DNA of 64,000 nucleotides from an uncultured delta proteobacterium (GTDB lineage Bacteria > Myxococcota > Myxococcia > Myxococcales > Myxococcaceae). Below are positions 9,831 through 19,723 of this stretch, one piece after another. The position numbers were made by a program, and so were the translations under genes. The notes below the pieces were generated by a model. The model did no database searches. It was not told the origin of the DNA and saw only the letters and a program-made list of their open reading frames with translations. The stretch spans positions 192,001 to 256,000 of the forward strand of contig CAWCKH010000001.1 in the NCBI GenBank assembly GCA_963796055.1, in the 5' to 3' direction. Numbering within the stretch: position 1 is the first letter of the stretch; each line of letters starts with the position of its first letter.

Positions 9831-10973
9831 ATGGAGCTGACCCTACCGGAGAGCCACCGCGCGCTGCAGGCCTCGCTCCGCGACTTCTGCGAGGAGCGGG
9901 TCAAGCCCTTCGCCCGGCAGTGGGACCACGACGAGAAGTTCCCCGCCGAGGTGGTGAAGGCCCTGGGCGAGCTGGGCGTCCTGGGGATCCTGATCTCCGA
10001 GGAGCACGGCGGCGCGGGGATGGACAGTCTCGCGGTGGCGGTGGCGGTGGAGGAGATCGCCCGGTACGACGGCTCGCTCGCGCTCACCGTGGCCAGCCAC
10101 AACGGGCTCGGCACCAGCCACATCCGCGTCTTCGGCAACGACGCCCAGCGGAAGCGCTACCTGCCGAAGCTGGCCACCGGGGAGTGGCTCGGGGCGTGGG
10201 GCCTCACCGAACCGGGGAGTGGCTCGGACGCCGCGGGCATGAAGACCACCGCCATCCGCCGGGGCGACCACTGGATCCTCAACGGCAGCAAGATGTTCAT
10301 CACCCAGGGGACGGTCGGTCACGTCTTCGTGGTCCTCGCGCTCACCGAGCCCCACAAGCGGCAGAAGGGCATCACCGGCTTCATCCTCGAGAAGGGCATG
10401 CCCGGCTTCAGCCAGCGGGCCATCCACGGCAAGCTGGGGATGCGCAGCTCGGACACCGGCGAGCTGATCATGGAGAACGTCGAGGTCCCCGATTCGCAGC
10501 GCCTCGGCGAGGTGGGGATGGGGTTCATCAACACCCTGCAGATCCTGGACAAGGGGCGCATCACCATCGGCGCCCTCGCCACGGGGCTGGCCCGCGGAGC
10601 GCTGGAGGAGTCGGCGCGCTACGCCCGGGAGCGCCGGGCCTTCGGCAAGACCATCGCCGATTTCGAGGCCATCCGCTGGATGCTGGCCGACATGCAGACG
10701 GAGCTGCAGGCCGCGCGCCTCCTCGTGCACCGGGCGGCGGTGCTGGCGGACAAGGGACGCCCCTACGGGCGTGAGGCGAGCATGGCCAAGCTGTTCGCCA
10801 GCGAGATCGCCACCCGGGCCTGCAACAAGGCGGTGCAGATCCACGGCGGCTACGGGTACACCCGCGAGTTCCCCGTGGAGCGCTACCTGCGCGACGCCAA
10901 GCTCTGCGAGATTGGCGAGGGCACCAGCGAGGTCCAGCGAACGGTCATCGCCCGCGAGCTCGTCAAGGGCTGA
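9831..10973 (+). CDS. acyl-CoA dehydrogenase (branched-chain context)
   Basis: [34 protein letters not shown]. Confidence 0.95.
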   Translation: MELTLPESHRALQASLRDFCEERVKPFARQWDHDEKFPAEVVKALGELGVLGILISEEHGGAGMDSLAVAVAVEEIARYDGSLALTVASHNGLGTSHIRVFGNDAQRKRYLPKLATGEWLGAWGLTEPGSGSDAAGMKTTAIRRGDHWILNGSKMFITQGTVGHVFVVLALTEPHKRQKGITGFILEKGMPGFSQRAIHGKLGMRSSDTGELIMENVEVPDSQRLGEVGMGFINTLQILDKGRITIGALATGLARGALEESARYARERRAFGKTIADFEAIRWMLADMQTELQAARLLVHRAAVLADKGRPYGREASMAKLFASEIATRACNKAVQIHGGYGYTREFPVERYLRDAKLCEIGEGTSEVQRTVIARELVKG

Positions 10974-10983
10974 TGCCACGTCG

Positions 10984-11817
10984 ATGGAAGCGGATCGGCT
11001 GGCGAAGCTCGGGCTGACAGTGCAGGAGGGGGCGGCCGGACCCGAGGTCGTCCTCCCGCTCCAGGGCTCGGTGGTGAATCCGCTCACCCGCCGGCCCGTA
11101 CCGGCGGTGACCCTGGCCGTGGCGGAGGAGCTGCTGATCCCGGTGGATCCGCCCGAGCTGGTCGGACTGCCCCCGCTCGCCGTGGACGCACTGACCGAGG
11201 CTCCGGAGCTCGAGGCGCGCCTGCAGGCCGGCTTCGACGAGCACGTGGTCCGGCTCCAGGCGATGGCCAGCCGGCTGGAGGCGCTGGGGTTGGTGCCCTG
11301 CATCGACCCGGGCTCGCTGGAGGTCCGGGCCGAGGCCCAGCTCGGAGGGCTCCGAGTGCTCATCGGCGGGGACAAGCAGGGAAAGCTGCGGATCCTCGAG
11401 GTGCACCGGGCCGGCGCCCGGCTCCGGTCGGAGGTGGGGGCGCCGTTCGCCCTGTCCCAGTTCCCCGACGCGGGTTCACTGAGCGCCCATCTGCTCACCC
11501 TGGTGGGGGATGCCCCGGCCCCCCGGAGCGGGATCGGCTATGGCGAGCTGGCCGAGCGCTTCGGCCCCGCCGCGCGCGTGCCGCCCGCCAGCGCGCTCGA
11601 GCTGGTGAGCGACTTCGTCGTCGGTGGGGAGCGGTACCGCTTCGTCGCCGCCCGGGTGCGGGGCCGGACCTTCCGGGGACTTCTGGCCGGGCCCGACGGG
11701 AAGAAATGGGCGGAGCACTTCCAGCTCGAGGACTTCAGCGGGGTGGCCGACGTGGCGGCACGGGCCCTCGGCGTCTCCCCCGGGGACATCCGCTGGATCG
11801 AGGGGGACGAGCCATGA
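10984..11817 (+). CDS. hypothetical protein
   Basis: Fills the gap between the acyl-CoA dehydrogenase and meaB; globular composition; ATGA overlap with meaB. Confidence 0.75.
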   Translation: MEADRLAKLGLTVQEGAAGPEVVLPLQGSVVNPLTRRPVPAVTLAVAEELLIPVDPPELVGLPPLAVDALTEAPELEARLQAGFDEHVVRLQAMASRLEALGLVPCIDPGSLEVRAEAQLGGLRVLIGGDKQGKLRILEVHRAGARLRSEVGAPFALSQFPDAGSLSAHLLTLVGDAPAPRSGIGYGELAERFGPAARVPPASALELVSDFVVGGERYRFVAARVRGRTFRGLLAGPDGKKWAEHFQLEDFSGVADVAARALGVSPGDIRWIEGDEP

Positions 11818-12845
11818 GCGCCTCGCTGGCGGACAGGGTGCTCGCCGGGGAGGTGCGGGCCGCCAGCCGCCTCATGCGCCGCATCGACGACGAGGACCCG
11901 GCCGCCACCGCCGACCTCCAGGCGCTGTTCCCCCGGACCGGGAAGGCCTATGTGCTGGGCATCACCGGCTCCCCTGGAGCAGGGAAGTCCACCTTGACGG
12001 ACCGGGTGGTGGCCCGGTTCCGCGCCCAGGGCCAGACGGTGGGGGTGCTCGCGGTGGACCCGACGAGCCCCTTCAGCGGCGGGGCCATCCTGGGGGACCG
12101 GATCCGGATGCAGGCTCATGCCTCGGACCCGGAGGTGTTCATCCGGTCACTGGCCACGCGCGGGTCCCTCGGGGGACTCTCCCGGGCCACGGGCGACTGC
12201 ATCCGGGTGATGGACGCGATGGGCAAGGACGTGGTGGTGGTGGAGACCGTCGGGGTGGGCCAGGACGAGATCGACATCGCCCAGATGGCCCACACCACCT
12301 TGCTGGTCACCGTCCCCGGCATGGGCGACGACATCCAGGCGATCAAGGCCGGAATTCTCGAGGTGGCGGACGTCTTCATCGTGAACAAGGCGGACCTGGA
12401 CGGCGCCGACCGGACCGTGCGCGAGCTGCGGCAGATGCTCGAGCTCCGCCACGCGCTGCACCCCCCGGCGACGGACCACGACCGGCACCACCGGCTCAAG
12501 GCGCGTGCCCACGGTAAGCCGGCCGAGCCTCCCCCGCCCGCGGACGAGTGGGAGCCCCCCATCCTCAAGGTCATCGCCGCGCGCGACCAGGGACTGGATC
12601 CGGTGATGGAGGCCATCGCCCAGCACCGCGGCTTCCTCGAGCGCACCGGTCAGCGCGCCGAGCGGGAGCGGGCCCGGGCCCGGATGCAGTTCCTCGCCCT
12701 GCTGCGCAACCAGCTCTTGAAGACTGCGCTCGACCGGCTCGAGGCCGAGAAGGGCCGCCTGGACGAGGTGGCCCTCTCCATCGCCCGCCGCGAGGCCGAT
12801 CCCTACGCCCTGGCGGAGACCCTGGCCCGGCAGCTCAGTACCTGA
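11814..12845 (+). CDS. meaB: methylmalonyl-CoA mutase-associated GTPase MeaB
   Basis: GSPGAGKST, VDPTSPFSGGAILGDRIRM, ETVGVGQ, NKAD. Confidence 0.93.
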   Translation: MSASLADRVLAGEVRAASRLMRRIDDEDPAATADLQALFPRTGKAYVLGITGSPGAGKSTLTDRVVARFRAQGQTVGVLAVDPTSPFSGGAILGDRIRMQAHASDPEVFIRSLATRGSLGGLSRATGDCIRVMDAMGKDVVVVETVGVGQDEIDIAQMAHTTLLVTVPGMGDDIQAIKAGILEVADVFIVNKADLDGADRTVRELRQMLELRHALHPPATDHDRHHRLKARAHGKPAEPPPPADEWEPPILKVIAARDQGLDPVMEAIAQHRGFLERTGQRAERERARARMQFLALLRNQLLKTALDRLEAEKGRLDEVALSIARREADPYALAETLARQLST

Positions 12846-12848
12846 TCC

Positions 12849-13589
12849 ATGCCCGCCCCCACCCGCCCCACCGACACCGTGCTGCTCGCAGGCCTGTGCC
12901 GCAGGCTGGGTCTGGACTCGGTGGACCCGGTGCAAGGGCTGGCGGCCCTCACCCACAAGAGCTGGGTCAACGAGCACAAGGACGGCGGGGCGGACAACGA
13001 GCGGCTGGAGTTCCTCGGCGACGCGGTGGTGGACCTGGCGGTGAGCCACCGCCTCATGGAGCGCTTCCCGGGCGCCGACGAGGGCGAGCTGTCCAAGCTC
13101 CGGGCGCTGCTGGTGAACGAGGACAGCCTGGCCAGGGTTGCCCGGCACCTCGGCCTCGGCGACCTGCTCCGGATGGGACGCGGGGAGGAGCTGACCGGCG
13201 GGCGGGACAAGAGCTCGGTGCTGGCCGACGCGCTCGAGGCGGTCATCGGCGCCGTCTACCTGAGCAGCGGCCTCCCCGGGGCGATGACGGTGGTGGACCG
13301 GCTGTTCGGCGACCTGCTCCAGGGGGTGGCGGAGGGCAAGAGCGGGGAGGACTGGAAGACCCGGCTCCAGGAATTGGTCCAGACGCGCCTGCGCCAGTCG
13401 CCGCGATACCGGGTGGTCAGCGAGGAGGGCCCCGACCACTCCAAGACCTTCGAGGTGGAGGTCACCGTGGGCAGCGAGCTCTTCGCCCGGGCCCGGGGCC
13501 GCTCCAAGAAGGAGGCGGAGCAGGCCGCCGCGCGTCAGACGTTGACGATGCTCGATTCCGAGGCCAAGAAGGACCCTGGCGCGGGCTGA
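12849..13589 (+). CDS. rnc: ribonuclease III
   Basis: NERLEFLGDAV signature plus dsRNA-binding domain (SKKEAEQAAA). Confidence 0.97.
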   Translation: MPAPTRPTDTVLLAGLCRRLGLDSVDPVQGLAALTHKSWVNEHKDGGADNERLEFLGDAVVDLAVSHRLMERFPGADEGELSKLRALLVNEDSLARVARHLGLGDLLRMGRGEELTGGRDKSSVLADALEAVIGAVYLSSGLPGAMTVVDRLFGDLLQGVAEGKSGEDWKTRLQELVQTRLRQSPRYRVVSEEGPDHSKTFEVEVTVGSELFARARGRSKKEAEQAAARQTLTMLDSEAKKDPGAG

Positions 13590-13644
13590 ACACCGTCGAA
13601 CGCTCCGACGCCACCCACCCTCGACCCTCGGGATTCCTGAACGC

Positions 13645-14352
13645 ATGCGCATCGCTCGCACCGCAGCCGCCTTCCTGACCGTGACCCTCGCCCTGTCGGC
13701 CTGCGAGAAGCAGTCCGCACCTTCGGACAAGCCCGCCGCCCCATCGGCGCAGCCCACCGCGCAGACCGCGGTGCCTCCGGCGCCGCTCGCCTCGGGCGGC
13801 CCGTGGATGAGCAAGGCCGAGGCGGGGCAGGACCTCTGGGCGACGCTCAAGACCAGCAAGGGCGTCATCGTGGTGAAGCTGTTCAGCAAGGACGCGCCGA
13901 AGACGGTCGCCAACTTCGTCGGGCTCGCCACCGGAGAGAAGGAGTGGATCGACCCGCGCGACAACCAGCGGAAGCGGAGCCCGCTGTACGACGGCACCGA
14001 GTTCCACCGCGTCATCCCCGACTTCATGATCCAGGGCGGAGACCCGACCGGCACCGGCCGCGGTCAGCCGGGCTTCACCTTCGGCGACGAGTTCCAGAGC
14101 GGCCGCAAGTTCGAGAAGAAGGGCCTGCTGGCGATGGCCAACCGCGGTCCGGACACCAACGGCAGCCAGTTCTTCATCACCACCTCCACCCCACGCCACC
14201 TCGACGGAAAGCACACCATCTTCGGCGAGGTCATCTCCGGCTACTCGGTGGTGGAGGCCATCTCCCAGGTGAAGACCATGGGCGGCAACCGACCGGCCGC
14301 CCCGGTGAGCCTCGTCTCGGTGACCGTGTCTGACAAGCCGCCCCGAAGCTAG
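13645..14352 (+). CDS. cyclophilin-type peptidyl-prolyl isomerase, lipoprotein
   Basis: Lipobox [31 protein letters not shown]. Confidence 0.92.
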   Translation: MRIARTAAAFLTVTLALSACEKQSAPSDKPAAPSAQPTAQTAVPPAPLASGGPWMSKAEAGQDLWATLKTSKGVIVVKLFSKDAPKTVANFVGLATGEKEWIDPRDNQRKRSPLYDGTEFHRVIPDFMIQGGDPTGTGRGQPGFTFGDEFQSGRKFEKKGLLAMANRGPDTNGSQFFITTSTPRHLDGKHTIFGEVISGYSVVEAISQVKTMGGNRPAAPVSLVSVTVSDKPPRS

Positions 14353-14390
14353 TAATGGGGGCGCTCCAGGCTCGGAAAGGACGACTGACG

Positions 14391-14942
14391 ATGGGGATGC
14401 TCGACGAGGTGAAGGCCGGCAAGGACCTGTACGCGCACTTCGACACCACCGAGGGCAGGGTGGTGGTGAAGCTGTTCAGCAAGGACGCGCCGAAGACGGT
14501 GGAGAACTTCGTCGGGCTGGCCACCGGAGAGAAGGAATGGACCGACCCCGCCACCCGGGCGAAGAAGACCGGCACACCGCTCTACGAGGGCACCATCTTC
14601 CACCGCTGCATCGGGGACTTCATGATCCAGGGCGGGGACCCGCTCGGCCGTGGGACCGGTGGCCCGGGCTACCAGTTCGCCGATGAGTTCCAGAGCGGGC
14701 GCCGGTTCGACAAACCCGGGCTGCTGGCCATGGCCAACGCCGGGCCGAACACCAACGGCAGCCAGTTCTTCATCACCGTGGTGCCGACTCCCTGGCTCAA
14801 CAACAAGCACACCATCTTCGGCGAGGTGGTGTCGGGGCAGGACATCGTCCGCCGGGTGGCCAACGAGATCCCCAAGGGCGCTCAGGATCGCCCGAAGACG
14901 GACGTGCGGATCAACAAGCTGACCATCTCCACGCAACCGTAG
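14391..14942 (+). CDS. cyclophilin-type peptidyl-prolyl isomerase, cytoplasmic
   Basis: [40 protein letters not shown] before ATG 14391. Confidence 0.92.
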   Translation: MGMLDEVKAGKDLYAHFDTTEGRVVVKLFSKDAPKTVENFVGLATGEKEWTDPATRAKKTGTPLYEGTIFHRCIGDFMIQGGDPLGRGTGGPGYQFADEFQSGRRFDKPGLLAMANAGPNTNGSQFFITVVPTPWLNNKHTIFGEVVSGQDIVRRVANEIPKGAQDRPKTDVRINKLTISTQP

Positions 14943-15005
14943 CCCGGGCGTCCCGGGCTCCTTGCCGGGGAGGCCGAGAGCGGCCTCCTCCAGACCACCT
15001 CCCAG

Positions 15006-15950
15006 ATGACCGTCCAGCACTCAGGATTCGCCGCCCTCGTCGGCCGGCCCAACGTGGGCAAGAGCACCCTCCTCAACCGGCTGGTGGGGGAGAAGATCGC
15101 CATCGTCTCGCCCAGGCCCCAGACCACCCGGACCCGCATCACCGGGGTGGTGACCCGGCCCGAGGGGCAGGTGGCGTTCGTCGATACCCCGGGCATCCAC
15201 GAGGCGAAGGGGGCGCTGAACAAGGCGATGGTGGAGGCGGCGCTCGCCGCGCTGCAGGACGTCGATCTGGTCGTGCTCCTGGTGGAGCCCTCGCTGGGGC
15301 CGGACGGGAAGACCCCCCAGGTCACCCCCGGCGTGCGCGCCATCCTCGAGCGCCTCGCCCCGGTGAAGAAGCCGATGTTCCTGGTGGTGAACAAGGTCGA
15401 CACCGTCCCCAAGCCGCTGCTGCTGCCCTTCGTGGCGACGCTCACCGAGGTCCGCCCCTTCGAGGAGGTGCTCTTCGTCTCCGCCCTCACCGGCGAAGGA
15501 GTGGACGACCTTCTGCGGACCACCGTGGGCAAGCTCCCCGAAGGTCCCCCGCTGTTCGACCCGGAGACCTTCACCGACCAGCAAGAGGTCGGGCTGGCCG
15601 CCGAGCTCATCCGCGAGCAGGTTCTCCGGCATACCCGGCAGGAGGTTCCCCACTCCGCGGCGGTGGTGGTGGACGCGTTCGACGAGAGCGAGCGGGCGCC
15701 GCGACCCGGCAGCCGCCCCGGTGGGCTGCAGGGGCTGGTGCGACTCCATGCGACCCTCTACGTCGAGCGCGAGAGCCAGAAGGCCATCGTCATCGGCAAG
15801 CGGGGGGCGATGCTCAAGGCGATAGGCACCGACGCCCGGAAGGCCCTGGAGCGCCTGCTCGGCGCCCACGTCTACCTCGATCTGCGGGTCAAGGTGGAGC
15901 CGCGCTGGACCGAGACCGAGCGTGGGCTGCGCAAGGTGGGGCTCGGGTGA
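15006..15950 (+). CDS. era: GTPase Era
   Basis: GRPNVGKST, QTTR, DTPG, NKVD, KH-domain VIGKRG. Confidence 0.96.
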   Translation: MTVQHSGFAALVGRPNVGKSTLLNRLVGEKIAIVSPRPQTTRTRITGVVTRPEGQVAFVDTPGIHEAKGALNKAMVEAALAALQDVDLVVLLVEPSLGPDGKTPQVTPGVRAILERLAPVKKPMFLVVNKVDTVPKPLLLPFVATLTEVRPFEEVLFVSALTGEGVDDLLRTTVGKLPEGPPLFDPETFTDQQEVGLAAELIREQVLRHTRQEVPHSAAVVVDAFDESERAPRPGSRPGGLQGLVRLHATLYVERESQKAIVIGKRGAMLKAIGTDARKALERLLGAHVYLDLRVKVEPRWTETERGLRKVGLG

Positions 15951-17323
15951 GACCGCTGGTCGCCATCCTCGGCCGCCCCAACGTGGGCAAGAGCACGCTG
16001 TTCAACCGCATCGCGGGCCGGCGGCTGGCGCTGGTGCAGGACGTGCCCGGGGTCACCCGCGACCGGCACTACGCCGACACCGAGTGGCAGGGCCGCTCGC
16101 TGGCGCTGGTGGACACCGGCGGCTTCGTCCCGGACGGGGAGGGTGGGCTCGCCGCCCAGGTGCGCGCGCAGGCCGAGCTGGCCACCGCCGAGGCGGACGT
16201 GCTGCTGCTGCTGGTCGACGGCCGGGCCGGTCCCACTCCCGCGGACGACGCGCTGGCCCGCGCCCTCCGCCGCACCGGCAAGCCGCTGCTCCTGGTGGTG
16301 AACAAGCTCGACACTCCCCCCGCCGCCGAGACCGGGACCGCGGACTTCTACCGCCTCGGCATCGCCGACGTCTTCCCGGTGTCGGCCGAGCACGCCCTGG
16401 GCATGGACGCGCTGCTGGATGCGGTGGTCGCGCGGTTGCCGAAGCCGCCCGAGGCCGAGCCAGCGCCTGCGCCCGGGGAGGCCACGGACGCGACGGTGCG
16501 TCTCACCATCCTCGGCCGGCCCAACGTGGGGAAGAGCACCCTGCTCAACGCGCTGGTCCACGAGGAACGGGTCGTCGCCAGCCCCGAGCCCGGTACCACC
16601 CGCGACCCCATCGACACCACCCTGGTGCACGAGGGCAGGCGCTTCGTCCTCACCGACACCGCAGGCATCCGCCGGCGGAAGGCGGTGGGTGAGGCGGTGG
16701 AGAAGATCAGCGTGCTCGCCGCGCTCCGGAGCATGGAGCGCGCCGACGTGGCGGTGCTGGTGCTCGACGGCACCGAGCCCGGAGTCGACCAGGACGCGCG
16801 GCTGGCGGGGGTGGTCGCGGAGCGGGCCCGGGCGCTCCTGGTGGTGGTCAACAAGTGGGACCTGGTGCAGAAGGACCCGCGGACCGAGAAGCGGACGCGC
16901 GAGGAGCTGAAGTGGACCCTGAAGTTCGTGTCCTACGCTCCGATCGTCTTCGTCAGCGCCCTCACCGGCTCGAAGGTGGAGAAGGTGCTGGACCTCGCCG
17001 CCGAGCTCCAGGACGCGTTCCGGCTGCGCGTGCCCACCCCCGCGCTGAACAAGCTCCTCGGCCAGCTGGTGGATGCCCACCCCGCTCCCATCGTCGACGG
17101 CCGGCCGCTCCGGCTGTACTACATCGCCCAGGTGGGCACCGCGCCGCCAGCGTTCGCCATCACCACCAACCGCCCGGAGAAGGTGCCGGAAGCCTACAAG
17201 CGGTACCTGGCGAACCAGCTGCGCGAGACGTTTGGGCTGCGCGTTCCCATCCAGCTGTTCTTCCGGGAGAAGCCGGGCAAGGCCAAGCGGGTGGCCAGAA
17301 AGCGCCCGCACGCCCGTCGTTGA
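15947..17323 (+). CDS. der: ribosome biogenesis GTPase Der (EngA)
   Basis: Two tandem GRPNVGKS GTPase domains, VTRD/TTRD, C-terminal KH-like domain. Confidence 0.96.
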   Translation: MRPLVAILGRPNVGKSTLFNRIAGRRLALVQDVPGVTRDRHYADTEWQGRSLALVDTGGFVPDGEGGLAAQVRAQAELATAEADVLLLLVDGRAGPTPADDALARALRRTGKPLLLVVNKLDTPPAAETGTADFYRLGIADVFPVSAEHALGMDALLDAVVARLPKPPEAEPAPAPGEATDATVRLTILGRPNVGKSTLLNALVHEERVVASPEPGTTRDPIDTTLVHEGRRFVLTDTAGIRRRKAVGEAVEKISVLAALRSMERADVAVLVLDGTEPGVDQDARLAGVVAERARALLVVVNKWDLVQKDPRTEKRTREELKWTLKFVSYAPIVFVSALTGSKVEKVLDLAAELQDAFRLRVPTPALNKLLGQLVDAHPAPIVDGRPLRLYYIAQVGTAPPAFAITTNRPEKVPEAYKRYLANQLRETFGLRVPIQLFFREKPGKAKRVARKRPHARR

Positions 17324-17349
17324 CGTCCAAGCATCCGGATCTCTACAGT
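17320..17349 (+). promoter_or_regulatory. sigma70-like promoter
   Basis: TTGACG, 18-nt spacer, TACAGT, upstream of the TPR gene. Confidence 0.45.
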
Positions 17350-17394
17350 GCGCGCCCTTTCCGGGCCCAAGCAAGAAGGACACCAGGACACCAC

Positions 17395-18171
17395 GTGGCA
17401 CAGGATCGGATGAGTCGACAGGAGCTTCGTGCGCCGGACGCGTTCCAGCGCGCGGGGCTCGAGGCCCGGAGCTGGGTTTCGCACCGGAAGACCCTGGTGG
17501 TGGGCGGGGTGGTCGCGGTCATCGCGCTCGGATTCGCCGTCGCCCTCACCAGGACGCTCTCCGACCGGAAGGAGGCGAAGGCGCGCACCGCGCTGGGCAG
17601 CGCCATCGCCGTGCTCTCGCGCCCCCTCCAGGCCGACGTGCCGCCAGGGTCCACCGACGACCCGCCCCCGTTCAAGTCCGAGCCGGAGCGGGACCAGGCG
17701 GCCGTCTCGGCGCTGGGGGGCGTGCTGAGCAGCTACCCGGGCACCAGGGCAGCGGTCACCGCCGCCCTTCCCCTGGCCGCCACCGAGGTCCGGCTCGGAC
17801 AGCTGGACCCGGCCATCGCCCACTTCGAGGCCTACCTCCGGGGCGCTCCGGCGAGCGAGCCGCTCCGGGTGGCCGCGCTGGATGGACTCGGCCACGCCCG
17901 CGAGGCCAAGGGCGAGCTGCCGCAGGCGCTGGACGCGTACGAGCGGATGTCACGCGAGGAGGGCGCCGGCTTCGAGGCAGGCATGGGCGCGTTCCACCGC
18001 GGCCGGGTGCTCGTCCTGATGGGCAAGAAGCAGGAGGCGGCCCAGGCCTTCGCCGAGCTCGCTGCCGCCAGCCCCGGCACCCCCGCGGCGCGCCTGGCGC
18101 AGGAGCGGCTCTCGGCGCTGGAGGCCGAGGGCTTCAAGGCCACCGTGGCGGCGAAGCCGGACGCCGGATGA
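17395..18171 (+). CDS. YfgM-like membrane-anchored TPR protein
   Basis: N-terminal TM helix, YPGTRAA, TPR-like helices; precedes a BamB-like gene; start could be GTG 17395 or ATG 17410. Confidence 0.78.
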   Translation: MAQDRMSRQELRAPDAFQRAGLEARSWVSHRKTLVVGGVVAVIALGFAVALTRTLSDRKEAKARTALGSAIAVLSRPLQADVPPGSTDDPPPFKSEPERDQAAVSALGGVLSSYPGTRAAVTAALPLAATEVRLGQLDPAIAHFEAYLRGAPASEPLRVAALDGLGHAREAKGELPQALDAYERMSREEGAGFEAGMGAFHRGRVLVLMGKKQEAAQAFAELAAASPGTPAARLAQERLSALEAEGFKATVAAKPDAG

Positions 18172-19313
18172 GGCACCGCGCACTGTTGACCCTCGCGCTG
18201 GCCGCCCTGGGCGGCTGCGCCTCCGGCCGGGCGCCGGTCCTCGCCGACCCGTTCTCGCGCGAGCTCGCCACCCCGCTGGCCGCCTTCAGCATCGACTACT
18301 GGCACGCGATGCTCGAGACCTCCACCACCATGGAGTTCGTACCCCGGGAATTCGCCACCCCGGCGGTGGATCCCGTCTCCGGACGGGTGGTGGTGGGCAC
18401 CCGGGACGGTGTCCTCCGCAGCGTGAGCATCGACGGGAAGGTGCGCTGGGCGGTGCCCACCTCCGCACCGTTCTTCGCCGGGGTGCTGATCCGCGACGGC
18501 GTGGTCTACGCGCCCGGTGGCGACGGGGTGCTCCGGGCGCTGAAGGCCGATACCGGGGCGCACCTCTGGAGCTACGACTGTGGTGAGGAGCTGGTCACGA
18601 TGCCGGTCCTCGCCGAGGAGCGGGTGCTGGTCGCGTCCCAGTCGGCGACGCTGTACGCGGTGAACGCCGCGGACGGGAAGTGGGTCTGGCAGTACCGGCG
18701 CACCCCGCCGGCCGGCTTCATCCTCCGCGGCGCCAGCACCCCGGTGGTGCGCGACGGGGTGGTGTACCTCGGCTTCTCCGACGGGCACGCCGCGGCGCTG
18801 GAGGCCAAGACCGGTGGGGCCATCTGGGACCGCGTCCTGTCCACCGGGACCCAGTTCATCGACGTGAGCAGCACGCCCGGGTTCGACTCGAGCGGGCACC
18901 TCATCGTCGCCTCGTACAAGGACGGGATCTTCGCGCTCGACCCGAAGAACGGTGACACCGTCTGGCAGAGCAGCTCCGCGGGGCTGGCGTACGTGCTGGT
19001 CCGCGGTGCGGTCGTCTTCGCCACCGGGGAGGACCGGGTCGCGGCCTACAGCGCCGAGACCGGCAAGAGCATCTGGGTGACGCAGCTGCCGGATCGGGCC
19101 GGACAGCAGCCGGCGTTCGCCTCGGGGCTGTTGCTCGTGCCCACCGGAAAGGCGCTGCTCTTCGTCGACCCGGTGAGCGGCCGGATCCTCCGGCGGTTCG
19201 ACCCCGGGAAGGGTGTCACCGCCACGCCAGGGGTGTTCGGACCGGACGCGCTGGTCCTGTCGAACCTGGGCTTCGTCTACGGCCTGCACGTCACCCACCC
19301 CGGCACACTGTGA
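18168..19313 (+). CDS. PQQ-like beta-propeller lipoprotein (BamB-like)
   Basis: Lipobox LGGC; repeated A(L/V)xAxxGxxxW blades. Confidence 0.85.
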   Translation: MRHRALLTLALAALGGCASGRAPVLADPFSRELATPLAAFSIDYWHAMLETSTTMEFVPREFATPAVDPVSGRVVVGTRDGVLRSVSIDGKVRWAVPTSAPFFAGVLIRDGVVYAPGGDGVLRALKADTGAHLWSYDCGEELVTMPVLAEERVLVASQSATLYAVNAADGKWVWQYRRTPPAGFILRGASTPVVRDGVVYLGFSDGHAAALEAKTGGAIWDRVLSTGTQFIDVSSTPGFDSSGHLIVASYKDGIFALDPKNGDTVWQSSSAGLAYVLVRGAVVFATGEDRVAAYSAETGKSIWVTQLPDRAGQQPAFASGLLLVPTGKALLFVDPVSGRILRRFDPGKGVTATPGVFGPDALVLSNLGFVYGLHVTHPGTL

Positions 19314-19723
19314 GCCGCGAGGTCCGGGTGGTGGCGGCCCTGATCGAGATCGCTCCGGGCCGGTACCTGGTGCAGCAGCGGCTGCCGGGAAAGACCCGGC
19401 CGCTGCTCTGGGAGTTCCCGGGTGGCAAGGTGGAGCCGGGGGAGACGGACGCCCAGGCGCTCATTCGCGAGGCCCGCGAGGAGCTGGGCGTGCGGCTCGA
19501 GGTCGGTGAGGAGCGTTTCGCCGCCAGGCATTCCTACCCGGACCTCACGGTGGACCTCCACCTGTACGCGGCAGCCATCCTGGAGGGGACGCCGGCCCCG
19601 CTCGGGGCCCACGCGCTCCGTGGAGCGACCGCGGAGGAGATGCTGGCGATGCCGTTCTGCGAGGCGGATCTCCCATTGCTCCGCCAGCTGGCGTCGGAGG
19701 GGCAGGGCAGGCTCCGCAGGTGA
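19310..19723 (+). CDS. NUDIX hydrolase, MutT family
   Basis: WEFPGGKVEPGE..ALIREAREELG Nudix box. Confidence 0.9.
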   Translation: MSREVRVVAALIEIAPGRYLVQQRLPGKTRPLLWEFPGGKVEPGETDAQALIREAREELGVRLEVGEERFAARHSYPDLTVDLHLYAAAILEGTPAPLGAHALRGATAEEMLAMPFCEADLPLLRQLASEGQGRLRR

